A stretch of DNA of 64,000 bases from positions 14,851 to 78,850 of the forward strand of contig JAZLAO010000037.1 of the NCBI GenBank assembly GCA_045613205.1, given 5' to 3'. This DNA is from Eubacteriales bacterium. Lineage in GTDB: Bacteria; Bacillota; Clostridia; Oscillospirales; CAG-272. This document shows positions 8,820-16,779 of the stretch, piece by piece. The position numbers were made by a program, and so were the translations under genes. Position 1 is the stretch's first letter. Every line of letters begins with the position of its first letter. Under the pieces are notes generated by a model. It ran no database searches, was not told where the DNA came from, and was given only the letters and a program-made list of their open reading frames with translations.

Positions 8820-11078
8820 TCACAAAAACCTCTCAAAAACTTCTTTTGCCGAAAGTCTGTCGACAGCATAAGCTCTGCGCAGAAGATGCGGAGGTATATA
8901 CTCGTCGTATTTATCAAATACGGGACATTCTCCGTTGGAAACGAGAGCCTCTGTATCAAGTCCGTCGCGCTCAAGTATAGAACGAATGGTAAAAAGCAAA
9001 TTTTTTCCCGCATCACCGCGAGCCTTGAATGTTATATAACAGCAGGCTTCGCTCTGAACGTCTGATATACCGAGCTCGGAAGAATATTTTTGTAAAAATC
9101 TTCTCAACGTGCGGAACGGTCGTGTGCCGAGCCAAGGAAAGAGAACGTAGCTTTGTCCACCGAGAAATACCAGCATATTTTCGTCCATTCTCGCTCGCTT
9201 TGCTACCTTTCGGGCGTTTTCAAGACGCTCCCGTGCGTTTTCAAGCAGGAAAGGATATTCTCTGCCGTTAAATAATATCTCGCGCATCTTGAGAAGAAGC
9301 TTAGTGTGTATCTCTCCGCTATCACCCGGCCAGGAAATCTCCATTTTACCGCCAACACCCTTGACGAATATGAGTTTTCTCGGCATGTCTATCTCCTTGA
9401 CCTCCCACACACGTCCGGCAAGAGCAAATCTGTCCCCCACGGGCGGCGGAGTCGTTATAGTTCCAATTTCCTCACTCTCGCACCTTACAGTATAATCCTC
9501 ACTGTCTTTGAACACGGCGTAAAATTTGTAGGAATTTATAATTCTCTCGCCTCGGAGTCCTACTATTATTCCACCGTCCTCTGTGAACTCAAGATAATCG
9601 TCATTTATCATTGCAACGAGCAGCTCCCGGTAGACGTCCTTTGGAAGCGATGACATCGGTGGCAGCGAAAGCACCCTTTCAGCAAGATTGCGCGCAGTGA
9701 GCTCGCCCGACGATGCGCTTATGCTGAGCGTTTGGTGAAACGCAAGGCTGAGAGGCATCTTTTTAACCGCAGGAGGCTCTATAAAGCGTTCGTCGGAATA
9801 AAGGTCGATAATGGATATTCCCCGAAGAAGCTCCCACGGTATGATTTCAGGAAGAGGCGCGTTTGGCAGTGCGGTGTCCTCTCTGTAAACCATTATCATT
9901 TCGGGCGGTGAGCCGCGTCTGCCTGAGCGACCAAGCCTCTGAAGAAAGCTTGAGACCGTAGTTGGTGCTCCAAGCTGAGCTACCCTTTCAAGACGTCCGA
10001 TATCAATACCTAGCTCCATGGTAACGGTAGCGCAGGTTACGGCTTGCGTAACCGATTCGTCCTTCATTTGAAGCTCCGCATCCTCACGAAGCGATGCCGA
10101 GAGATTACCGTGATGAATAAGAAACACGTCCTTATCTCCTCTCACTCTTGCTATCTGGCGCAGAGTTGCCGTAACATATTCGGTTTCCTCTCTTGAATTT
10201 GAAAACACCAGCGCCTTTTTTCCGTAAAGAGAATCATATAAGAACTCATACCCCGGGTCTAGAACGGCATATCCTCCGCGCTCCGTTTGGTCTGCTGTAG
10301 AGAGCCTTGGAGCAGACGTCTGGTTTTCATTTGAATTCTGGATATAAAAGTGCTCAAGCCCAAGCCGCCATTTCAGCTTTTGCTTTTCCGGAACGGGAGC
10401 TTCGGTCTTTCTTCCGCTTCCCGCTGACAGCCAATTCGATGCAATCTCGAGTGAGCCCAGTGTTGCGCTGAGCCCGATTCTTCGCGGTGAGTAACCGATA
10501 AGCCGCGAAATCCTGTTTAGAAGGCAAATAACCTGATTTCCTCGGTCGGTGCCTATCATGGAATGTATCTCGTCTATAACAACGTAACGCAAACCGCCAA
10601 AGAGTCTCGGAATGTCGTTTGAGCGATTCATAACCATAGATTCAAGGGATTCGGGCGTTATCTGTAAAATTCCCTCCGGTGATTTTAAGAGCTTTGATTT
10701 GACCGAAGCACTAACATCACCGTGCCAATGCGTAACCTTGATTCCAGATAAATCGAGCAGCTCGTCAAGTCTATAAAACTGGTCGTTAATAAGCGATTTA
10801 AGCGGTGCAATATAAAGCACCGAAACCGATTTTGATTCTGGCGGATTATCGTAAATATCCGAAATTATCGGAAAGAACGCAGCCTCCGTCTTTCCCGATG
10901 CAGTTGAGGAAGAAAGGAGTAGATTCGAATCGCTTTCAAATATAACCCGAGCCGCCTTTAGCTGAACATCTCGAAGCTCACACCAAGCGCGGTTGTAGAT
11001 ATATTCCTTTATAAAGCCCGGAAATCTATCAAAAATTCTATCCGCTTCAGTCATTCGTCTTTCCTTTCTGCCCTGCAT
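8820..11078 (-). CDS. Lhr-like DEAD/DEAH-box SF2 helicase (Shango SngC-like)
   Basis: 752 aa. Motif I STASGKTEA, motif II VVIDEIH, motif III LSATLG, motif VI QRLGRSGRR, plus a ~350-aa C-terminal extension. Its ATG overlaps the upstream stop codon (TAATG). Confidence 0.85.
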   Translation of the reverse strand: MQGRKERRMTEADRIFDRFPGFIKEYIYNRAWCELRDVQLKAARVIFESDSNLLLSSSTASGKTEAAFFPIISDIYDNPPESKSVSVLYIAPLKSLINDQFYRLDELLDLSGIKVTHWHGDVSASVKSKLLKSPEGILQITPESLESMVMNRSNDIPRLFGGLRYVVIDEIHSMIGTDRGNQVICLLNRISRLIGYSPRRIGLSATLGSLEIASNWLSAGSGRKTEAPVPEKQKLKWRLGLEHFYIQNSNENQTSAPRLSTADQTERGGYAVLDPGYEFLYDSLYGKKALVFSNSREETEYVTATLRQIARVRGDKDVFLIHHGNLSASLREDAELQMKDESVTQAVTCATVTMELGIDIGRLERVAQLGAPTTVSSFLQRLGRSGRRGSPPEMIMVYREDTALPNAPLPEIIPWELLRGISIIDLYSDERFIEPPAVKKMPLSLAFHQTLSISASSGELTARNLAERVLSLPPMSSLPKDVYRELLVAMINDDYLEFTEDGGIIVGLRGERIINSYKFYAVFKDSEDYTVRCESEEIGTITTPPPVGDRFALAGRVWEVKEIDMPRKLIFVKGVGGKMEISWPGDSGEIHTKLLLKMREILFNGREYPFLLENARERLENARKVAKRARMDENMLVFLGGQSYVLFPWLGTRPFRTLRRFLQKYSSELGISDVQSEACCYITFKARGDAGKNLLFTIRSILERDGLDTEALVSNGECPVFDKYDEYIPPHLLRRAYAVDRLSAKEVFERFL

Positions 11079-12448
11079 TAAATATCAATATCGAACAAAC
11101 TTATCTTGTTCTTAGTTTGAATCAAAGTATCTTGAGCTTCTGTTTTTTTATCTTCCGATTCGCCTTTCGTGAAGGTCATATTCTTCACAAGGTTATCAAA
11201 CGTCGCTGATTCATTATCTCGCAAAATATTCAAGAGCGTAAGAAAATCTCTGATAATCTCTCTCGGAGTTATCAGCTCCTCTGCCCCTGCGCGTGATAGC
11301 GCGAGGCGCATAAAGCTTTCAATTTCGAAGTCACTGAGAGGAGGTGTTGCCTGTCCTTCCTTCTGCATATAGAGCTTAGTGAGACGTCTCACCAGTGCTA
11401 AAAGCTCATTGTCCGAAAGTCTGCGAAGTCTTATTACGGGTGAGGACAAATTCTGGTATCCAAGCTCAGAATATTTCGAATCTGCAAGTCGGCTTTTCAA
11501 AGCCTCGTAACTGAAAAGTCCGCGTCGAGAATCCTCTAAAAATTGCGGTGTTCCGCCAAATATAACCCCAAGATTTTTCGCTTTTCCTTGGAGAGTATCG
11601 TTAAATATTGTGAGTATTTTTTCGTAATTTGCCTCTCTTGAAATCCTGTTTGGTATTTTATAGAGATTTACGCATTCATCGATAAAAAGAATTAATCCCG
11701 AGTAGCCTATTTTTACGGAAAGCGAAGCCACAAGCTTAATAAAGTCATACCAATTATCGTCGTCGATTACCGTGCTTACGCGAAAACCGAGCATACCCGA
11801 TGCCTCTGTTTTGTTGGCAAATTCACCGCGAAGCCATCTTAATGCGGCACTCTTTTTCTCTACGTCATCTCTTATGGAAGCCATGTAGTATTCACCGAGA
11901 ACCTTGGCAAAATCGAATCCTCCTACATCTCCCTCGAGCTCCGAAAGCATGAGAAAAACACGCTTTTTAAGCTCGAACTCGAAGCTTTCGGATTCGGGCA
12001 TAATTCCCTCGGACAGAATATCGGTTTTAAGCTTTGTAAGATGCCTTGAAAGAATAGTCGGCAAAGCTCCTCCGTCAGGACTTGCTTTGCTTGAAAGGTT
12101 AATCATCAGCTCCCGATAGGTAGCAAGTCCGGCACCGCTTCCACCCGTTAATCTGCGTTCGGGCGAAAGGTCGGCATCGGCGCATATAAAGCCTCGGTCA
12201 AGCGCGTAACCCCTTACGAGTTGTATTAAAAAGCTTTTGCCGCTTCCGTATCTGCCTATAAGAAATCTTGTTACGGCACCGCCCTCGGCAACCGCATCGA
12301 GATTGTCAAGTATGGAATTTATCTCTTCTTTTCTGCCTATTGCTATATAGGGCGCACCGCTTCTAGGCACAACACCTGCCGAAAGAGATGACAGCAATGT
12401 GTTTAAAATCCTTTTCGGTACTTTTATTTCATTATTTTCAACAGCCAT
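11078..12448 (-). CDS. DUF2791/BrxD-type P-loop ATPase (Shango SngB-like)
   Basis: 456 aa. Walker A is GRYGSGKS and Walker B is LILFIDE. The N-terminal LSAGVVPRSGAPYIAIGR segment is typical of the DUF2791 family. An AAGGAAG RBS lies inside the upstream ORF, giving a 25-nt overlap. Confidence 0.75.
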   Translation of the reverse strand: MAVENNEIKVPKRILNTLLSSLSAGVVPRSGAPYIAIGRKEEINSILDNLDAVAEGGAVTRFLIGRYGSGKSFLIQLVRGYALDRGFICADADLSPERRLTGGSGAGLATYRELMINLSSKASPDGGALPTILSRHLTKLKTDILSEGIMPESESFEFELKKRVFLMLSELEGDVGGFDFAKVLGEYYMASIRDDVEKKSAALRWLRGEFANKTEASGMLGFRVSTVIDDDNWYDFIKLVASLSVKIGYSGLILFIDECVNLYKIPNRISREANYEKILTIFNDTLQGKAKNLGVIFGGTPQFLEDSRRGLFSYEALKSRLADSKYSELGYQNLSSPVIRLRRLSDNELLALVRRLTKLYMQKEGQATPPLSDFEIESFMRLALSRAGAEELITPREIIRDFLTLLNILRDNESATFDNLVKNMTFTKGESEDKKTEAQDTLIQTKNKISLFDIDI

Positions 12449-14016
12449 TTTTCTATATCTTCCTTATAATCCGATATTATCTCTAAAGCAGGCGCACTTC
12501 CCTCTATAATAACGTCACCGAATCCGTCGGAAAATGCCTCGTTTATCTTCTCTGCAACAGTATCCGCGAGAGCATTTAATTCATCGGCAATCCGTTCTAT
12601 GCGCTCACTGTCCGAATCAAGAACAGCCTTGATAAACTCTATTTCCCGCAAGCTTAGTCCGTAGGTATCCCGAGCGCCGTTTGTTTCGGACATTCCAAAT
12701 ACTTCGTTCTTTTCTGAATTTACCTCTTCAAAAGCATTGAGTTCTTCGGTTTGTTCCTCGCACTCCGATACCAGTCTTGCGGTGGTTGTCCAGGATATGC
12801 GTTCTATCTCGTCTGCTCCGTCAAAGGACAGCTCGGTGGATTCTTTATCATAAAGCTTCTCATATTCGGGAACAGCCGCCCTTCTGCGTTCACGGTTAAC
12901 CTTTTCAAATATAACGTCAAAATATGAATCTATAATGTTTTTGTATTCCTCGGGCAGATTCTTAACGGCGAGTCTGCTTTTTGCACCTACAAGCGCCCGC
13001 AATTTGTTTTCAGTATATTTCACCGCCTCGGTGACAGCATGCCTCAGTCCATCCGCCGCTACTAGGGGAACGTAATCAATATCAAGCCTGCATTTAACAG
13101 AATGAGTGCAGAGTGAATTCCTAAAAGCCGTTTTCGTTAAGCGTGCAGTGCTCATCTCGGTGTTAATTATATCGCCATTATCCCAAAGCTTGTTTATAAG
13201 AACTCCCATAGCACCGAGAAGATGCTTAGAATACACCTCTTTATTTTCTCCGCCTGCATATCTGCCGCGCCGCCAGTCATAATCGGAGAGATGCGCGAGC
13301 ATAACGCCTATGCCAACATCTCCCATATTACGAGCATCGGAAAGATAAAATTCTTTAAATTCGACGTTGTATATTACGTCCTGTATAAAGTCGAAAATTT
13401 TCCCTGTGGGACTCTCCAGCCTGTAAACTATACAGTAATCCTGAATTAGAAGCGCCATATATGCGTCAACGTTGGGAAGCTCGCGTCTATATGCGCGCCA
13501 CAAGTCAATTAGCATATCAATTCCACGATTTGGGGGGATTTTATCGGGCAGATTAAGTATTTCATACACATATAGGTAAAAATACGAGTAATCGGTCTTT
13601 ATATAATTCTTTTTCCTGACAGAATCGCGCCAGTAAAAATAAAAGCTTTTTTGCTGCGAATTAAGCTGTGAATATTGCGGCATATAGGAATAAAACGGCA
13701 CGAAATCGCTTTTTGACGTTTTAAAATCGTAATACAAAAGCGCTGCTTTTCTGAAATTTCCGTAAAAGTCGTATTTATCGGGAAATCTCGTGATAGTTAC
13801 CCTTTTTATAAATCCGTTTTCTATATTATAGGTTTCGGTCTGCGTCTCACTCTTAGAATCAAAAAGCGTTATTTTGTTTTGAGCGGAAGCTCTGCTCTCT
13901 TCTCCGTTTACTGTAAATTCAACGGTTTTTTCCTTGCTTGAAAAAGAGGCAAGGCTTTTTTTCTTTCTTGGAAGGAGCTTTTCTATATCCCAATAATCGT
14001 CTTTGATATCAGACAT
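12424..14016 (-). CDS. TerB-N / TerB-C domain protein (Shango SngA-like)
   Basis: The aromatic-rich TerB-N signature is FVPFYSYMPQYSQLNSQQKSFYFYWRD...YSYFYLYVYEILN. The acidic helical C-terminus ADELNALADTVAEKINEAFSDGFGDVIIEG is TerB-C-like. The start is set at MSDIKDD (14016), because the ATG at 14031 is itself followed by GGAGGAGG, which serves as the RBS for 14016. Confidence 0.75.
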   Translation of the reverse strand: MSDIKDDYWDIEKLLPRKKKSLASFSSKEKTVEFTVNGEESRASAQNKITLFDSKSETQTETYNIENGFIKRVTITRFPDKYDFYGNFRKAALLYYDFKTSKSDFVPFYSYMPQYSQLNSQQKSFYFYWRDSVRKKNYIKTDYSYFYLYVYEILNLPDKIPPNRGIDMLIDLWRAYRRELPNVDAYMALLIQDYCIVYRLESPTGKIFDFIQDVIYNVEFKEFYLSDARNMGDVGIGVMLAHLSDYDWRRGRYAGGENKEVYSKHLLGAMGVLINKLWDNGDIINTEMSTARLTKTAFRNSLCTHSVKCRLDIDYVPLVAADGLRHAVTEAVKYTENKLRALVGAKSRLAVKNLPEEYKNIIDSYFDVIFEKVNRERRRAAVPEYEKLYDKESTELSFDGADEIERISWTTTARLVSECEEQTEELNAFEEVNSEKNEVFGMSETNGARDTYGLSLREIEFIKAVLDSDSERIERIADELNALADTVAEKINEAFSDGFGDVIIEGSAPALEIISDYKEDIEKWLLKIMK

Positions 14017-14057
14017 ATATTCCTCCTCCATTTTTTCAAGATTTTAGTTATCAATAA

Positions 14058-14086
14058 ATTATATCATATTTTTCGTAGATTGTCAA
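14058..14086 (-). promoter_or_regulatory. consensus sigma-A promoter of the TerB/ATPase/helicase cassette
   Basis: TTGACA (14086..14081), 17-nt spacer, TATAAT (14063..14058) with an upstream TG (extended -10). It sits about 40 nt before the start codon. Confidence 0.8.
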
Positions 14087-14126
14087 TTAAAATTCTTCAA
14101 AGTTATCTCAAAGTTATCTTATAAAA

Positions 14127-14165
14127 GGACTGGCACTAGTTTAAAAAAACTAAGCCAGCCCTTTT
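14127..14165. terminator. imperfect bidirectional hairpin terminator between ispE and the cassette promoter
   Basis: GGACTGGCACTAGTTT-aaaa-AAACTAAGCCAGCCC, with a one-sided internal loop and TTTT on both flanks. Confidence 0.5.
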
Positions 14166-14392
14166 GCGCTCTCGGACGGGAGTATTAAGGTGAAAATCCG
14201 CGTTATTCTGACCGAGAGCGATATGTAGATACCGCAAGGAAAGAAAACGCGGATAAAAAAGACCGTAACCTGATGGAGAAATTTATAAAAATTCAACCTT
14301 AAAGAGCGTCCTTCAGGCACTGTAAAGGAAAAGAGTCAAAGCAGTTTTTGCTTGCTTTAAAGTTTTTGTTCCATCTAAATGCATCAGCCCCA

Positions 14393-15274
14393 TTATACAG
14401 AGGTTGCTACGTATGCAGTTACTTTTTCGTTTTTCAAGGCAAGCATTGCGCCCCTTGCCTCACTCTCACTTTCAAAAACTCCGTAAACGCTCGGTCCGCT
14501 GCCGCTCATTAAAGCGCATTTTGCGCCAAGCTCGTACATGCGTTTTTTTATTTTGAGTGCACCCGGACACATATCAAATACCGTGCTCTCAAACACGTTA
14601 AAAAGCGCGTCTTTCGACAAAATTCCGCTCTCAAGCGACCTTAGAAGATTTTCGTAGACTGCATCACCGTTTGTTTTTATACTGCCGTCAAAATCAGAAA
14701 AAGCTTCGTCAAGCCTCGAATAAGCCTGAGGAGTAGAAACCCATTCCCTTGCTACAGCGATAACCAGATTAAGCTTCAAAGAATCAGGCAGCTTTGTCAC
14801 AATCTCACCCCGCCCCTCGCATAATGCGGTCTTTCCGTAAAGGCAATACGGCACGTCGCTTCCCAGCGCTTCGGCTATATTAAAAAGCGCTTTTTCTGAG
14901 AAAAGTCTATCAAAAATTCTGTTGAGCGCACGCAGCGTAGCTGCTGCATCGCTTGAACCGCCTGCCAGACCTGCCGCGATAGGTATTCTTTTGTAAAGAC
15001 GTATTTCTATATCCGCTGTTATCCCGGCAAGCTCAAGATAAAGCTTTGCCGCCTTGACGGCAAGATTTTTATCGTCTGCCGGCAAGAATTTGTTACCTCT
15101 CAAAAAGAGTCTTATGTTAGTTACCGCTGAAGGCTTATATGTAACGGTCAGCTCGTCACAGAGAGATACCGAATGCATAACTGTTTTTATATCGTGAAAT
15201 CCGTCCTCACGTTTTGAAATAACGTCCAAAAACAAATTAATTTTTGCCTTTGCCTTTTCTTTTACTGCACGCAT
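14393..15274 (-). CDS. ispE: 4-diphosphocytidyl-2-C-methyl-D-erythritol kinase
   Basis: 293 aa. GHMP kinase motif PIAAGLAGGSSDAAATL and N-terminal KINLFLDV. Confidence 0.9.
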   Translation of the reverse strand: MRAVKEKAKAKINLFLDVISKREDGFHDIKTVMHSVSLCDELTVTYKPSAVTNIRLFLRGNKFLPADDKNLAVKAAKLYLELAGITADIEIRLYKRIPIAAGLAGGSSDAAATLRALNRIFDRLFSEKALFNIAEALGSDVPYCLYGKTALCEGRGEIVTKLPDSLKLNLVIAVAREWVSTPQAYSRLDEAFSDFDGSIKTNGDAVYENLLRSLESGILSKDALFNVFESTVFDMCPGALKIKKRMYELGAKCALMSGSGPSVYGVFESESEARGAMLALKNEKVTAYVATSV

Positions 15275-15367
15275 AAAAACTCCCCGCTAAATTATTACCT
15301 ATATTTTACCATAAATCCGAATAAAAAGCAATAAAATCATCTATTAAAATATATTTTTTAAAAGGTA

Positions 15368-15396
15368 TTGACAATGCGAGACTTTTGTGATATAAT
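15368..15396 (+). promoter_or_regulatory. sigma-A promoter of the rpsF-ssb-rpsR operon
   Basis: TTGACA, 17-nt spacer, TGaTATAAT. An ~80-nt leader follows with two hairpins (TCGGG..CCCGA and GCCGCCA..TGGCGGC). Confidence 0.8.
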
Positions 15397-15479
15397 GTTA
15401 CATCGGTTCGGGTTTAGATGCCCGACGCCCCTTGCCGCCAAGCGTGGCGGCCTTAAAGTCCATAAGGAGGTGTTTAAAG

Positions 15480-15848
15480 ATGGAAAAGAAAATTTGTTCT
15501 TATGAAACTCTCTTCGCTGTTAGCGGCAATCTCGCCGAAGACGATTGCAAGGCTCTCGTTGAGAAGTTCGTAAATCTCGTTAAGGAAAACGGAACTGACG
15601 TTGACGTTAACGAGTGGGGCAAGCGCAGATTCGCATATCCTATCAACTACGTTACTGAAGGATATTACGTTCTCGTGTCCTACAAGAGCAATGCAGACTT
15701 CCCTCAGGAGCTCGAGCGTCAGTTCGGCATTACTGAAGGTGTGCTTCGCTACATGACTACAACCAAGTGCGAAAAGTCTGCTCCCAAGGCTGATTCCGCT
15801 GTTAGCGAATCTGCTGAGGCTGTCGTAGAAGAAACTACAGAAGCATAA
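15480..15848 (+). CDS. rpsF: 30S ribosomal protein S6
   Basis: MEKKICSYETLFAV...WGKRRFAYPI. A GGAGG RBS lies 8 nt upstream of ATG 15480. The longer track ORF is an upstream extension. Confidence 0.92.
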   Translation: MEKKICSYETLFAVSGNLAEDDCKALVEKFVNLVKENGTDVDVNEWGKRRFAYPINYVTEGYYVLVSYKSNADFPQELERQFGITEGVLRYMTTTKCEKSAPKADSAVSESAEAVVEETTEA

Positions 15849-15872
15849 AATAATCTAAAAAGAGGCGGAAAT

Positions 15873-16337
15873 ATGGCAAGTTTCAACAAAGTCATTCTTA
15901 TCGGAAATATGACAGCTGACCCCGAGCTTAAGCAGACTGCGGGCGGAGTATCCGTTTGCAGCTTCTCTATCGCGGTTAACCGTCGTTTTGCGAAAGCCGA
16001 CCAGGGACAGCAGAACGTTGATTTCATCAACATCGTTACCTGGCGTCAGCAGGCTGAATTTGTCAGCCGCTATTTCAAAAAGGGCAATCCCATTCTTATT
16101 TGCGGACAGCTTCAGACAAGAAGCTGGAGCGACAACCAGGGTCAAAAGAGATATACGACCGAGGTTGTTGCGGACGAGGTTTCCTTCGTTGCTTCGGCAG
16201 CGCAGACCGCAAGTCAGAATGCTGCACCTGCTGCAGCAGGAAATTACACGCCCGACGCTTACGGCGCTCCTACGTTCAACAGTGCGCCCAGCGCTAATTT
16301 CGAAGAAATTCCTAACGACGGAGATCTTCCCTTTTAA
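15873..16337 (+). CDS. ssb: single-stranded DNA-binding protein
   Basis: The OB-fold N-terminus is MASFNKVILIGNMTADPELK. There is a Gly/Pro/Ala/Gln-rich linker and the acidic tail DGDLPF. Confidence 0.95.
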   Translation: MASFNKVILIGNMTADPELKQTAGGVSVCSFSIAVNRRFAKADQGQQNVDFINIVTWRQQAEFVSRYFKKGNPILICGQLQTRSWSDNQGQKRYTTEVVADEVSFVASAAQTASQNAAPAAAGNYTPDAYGAPTFNSAPSANFEEIPNDGDLPF

Positions 16338-16441
16338 TTTACTCTAATTAACAGAAGAAAACTTCGTCCTCTAACCGTTAGGCTCACAACGGTAAGAGCA
16401 ATATAGAAAACGTGAGTCGGAAAGGTAATGGACTATTCAAG

Positions 16442-16693
16442 ATGGATAGAAACGATACACAGCGTCCCGCTTTCCGTCCTATGCACAGAAGAAAGAAGGT
16501 TTGCATCTTCTGTCAGGACAAGGTAGCGGACATCGATTACAAGGATACCGCTAAGCTCAGAAAGTTTATTTCTGAGAGAGCTAAGATCCTCCCCAGACGT
16601 GTTTCCGGCACCTGCGCTCTTCATCAGAGACAGCTCACCGTAGCTATTAAGAGAGCTCGCCAGATGGCACTTCTTCCCTACGTATCCAACTAA
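16442..16693 (+). CDS. rpsR: 30S ribosomal protein S18
   Basis: RRKKVCIFC...IDYKD...[27 protein letters not shown]. The start is assigned to the first ATG. The upstream in-frame GTG at 16412 cannot be excluded. Confidence 0.9.
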   Translation: MDRNDTQRPAFRPMHRRKKVCIFCQDKVADIDYKDTAKLRKFISERAKILPRRVSGTCALHQRQLTVAIKRARQMALLPYVSN

Positions 16694-16725
16694 TTAGATT
16701 GTTGTTATAATACAATATCTATTTC

Positions 16726-16762
16726 AAAAAGCACTCTGCTGAAAATTGCAGAGTGCTTTTTG
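16726..16762. terminator. bidirectional rho-independent terminator
   Basis: AAAAAGCACTCTGC-tgaaaatt-GCAGAGTGCTTTTT, between the convergent rpsR and glpQ-like genes. Confidence 0.85.
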
Positions 16763-16779
16763 TTACAGTATTCATTATT

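Noticed and set aside
8819-9016. The N-terminal 66-codon extension of the methyltransferase ORF in the track (start 9016). Similar upstream extensions exist for metK (4988), rpsF (15432), ffh (19777), rpsP (21192), glpQ (17535), HAD (36215) and nagB (52696).
   Set aside because: The extensions overlap upstream genes or lack an RBS. The internal ATGs give canonical N-termini and have Shine-Dalgarno sequences at proper spacing.
8820-14016. Reading the ATPase-helicase pair as a BREX system (BrxD/BrxHI)
   Set aside because: No PglX methyltransferase, PglZ phosphatase, BrxC, BrxA/B or BrxL genes occur in or near the cassette. The adjacent methyltransferase is a small class I enzyme without DNA-methylase motifs. 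The TerB-N/C partner points instead to the Shango-type architecture.
14166-14290. Cobalamin-like GGTGAAAATCC and TPP-like CCTGATGGAG strings in the ispE/cassette spacer
   Set aside because: These are isolated short matches only. The B12 box, the GGGGTGC/CTGAGA core of the TPP aptamer and the required helices are absent, and no regulated gene lies downstream on the plus strand.
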